This document shows positions 24,014-24,402 of a stretch of DNA of 24,402 bases, piece after piece. Both the position numbers and the translations under genes were made by a program. A model generated the notes under the pieces. That model searched no databases, was not told the DNA's origin, and was given only the letters and a program-made list of their open reading frames with translations. Source of the stretch: a virus. Lineage: Duplodnaviria; Caudoviricetes. How positions within the stretch are numbered: the stretch's first letter is position 1; each line of letters opens with the position of its first letter. The stretch spans positions 1 through 24,402 of IMG/VR virus record IMGVR_UViG_3300012942_000130, one strand, 5' to 3'.

Positions 24014-24239
24014 GGACCGCAAGAACCAGCGGGAGCGAGCGGCCGAAACCGCCCGGCTTCTCGCGAAGGTGGCAAGCGCTCTCAATGAGTGCCACCAGGC
24101 TGGACTGAAGGTGAAGCTCAAGTACGGCTCCGTGTGCACCAGGGAGGGTTACGTGCTGGCCGTCGATGACGGTTGGGTGGCTCGTACCCTGGTGTACACC
24201 GAGTTCGAACCTGCCAGTGATGACCCGGACGACGAGTGA
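24006..24239 (+). CDS. hypothetical protein (77 aa)
   Basis: Overlaps the portal stop; acidic tail. Confidence 0.6.
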   Translation: MAKDRKNQRERAAETARLLAKVASALNECHQAGLKVKLKYGSVCTREGYVLAVDDGWVARTLVYTEFEPASDDPDDE

Positions 24240-24255
24240 CCTCGAGTGTGATACT

Positions 24256-24402
24256 ATGTGCCTAAGTTGCGGTTGCCACTTGCCAACCAACACCCACTCG
24301 GATCCTCGCCACTTCACCCTGGCAGATCTCAAGGCGGCGGCGGACGCGGCGGGTATCTCGCCGGTGGAGGCTACCAACAACATCGTGGACACGGTCAGCG
24401 AC
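24256..24402 (+). CDS. hypothetical protein, 3'-truncated (MCLSCGC...)
   Basis: Open to window end; possibly leaderless, since no RBS is visible. Confidence 0.5.
   Translation, partial: MCLSCGCHLPTNTHSDPRHFTLADLKAAADAAGISPVEATNNIVDTVSD

Noticed and set aside
3873-24392. Long minus-strand ORFs (e.g. 3873-4826, 13876-15087, 22964-24139) and alternate-frame plus ORFs
   Set aside because: Shadow frames of high-GC3 genes; no motifs or RBS, fully overlapping well-supported plus-strand genes.

Overview
High-GC, all-plus-strand segment of a tailed actinobacterial (Streptomyces-like; host is inferred) phage or prophage. The left part is RNA-centred. It holds a 5'-truncated Ro60/TROVE gene, an endonuclease-VII-type HNH gene and small ORFs. 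Next comes a 244-aa hypothetical gene followed by a ~530-nt structured non-coding region containing two circularly permuted (YrlA-like, T arm before D arm) tRNA modules and AAGCUN hexamer repeats. A tRNA array follows, with 7 canonical tRNAs mixed with several tRNA-like RNAs whose anticodon arm is replaced or distorted; another such RNA is hidden at 3491-3568. The middle has a processive GT2 glycosyltransferase with a tiny LAxTG peptide, two HAD phosphatases of RNA-repair type and many small ORFs behind a shared promoter consensus. The right part is the packaging/head module: TerS, TerL, a 1035-aa fibre-like protein and a portal protein fused to ParB-like and Nudix domains. The best candidate for a new system is the 244-aa protein plus its double-tRNA-mimic RNA, in the context of Ro60 and the anticodon-less tRNA mimics. 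All structures were folded by eye and no database was searched.
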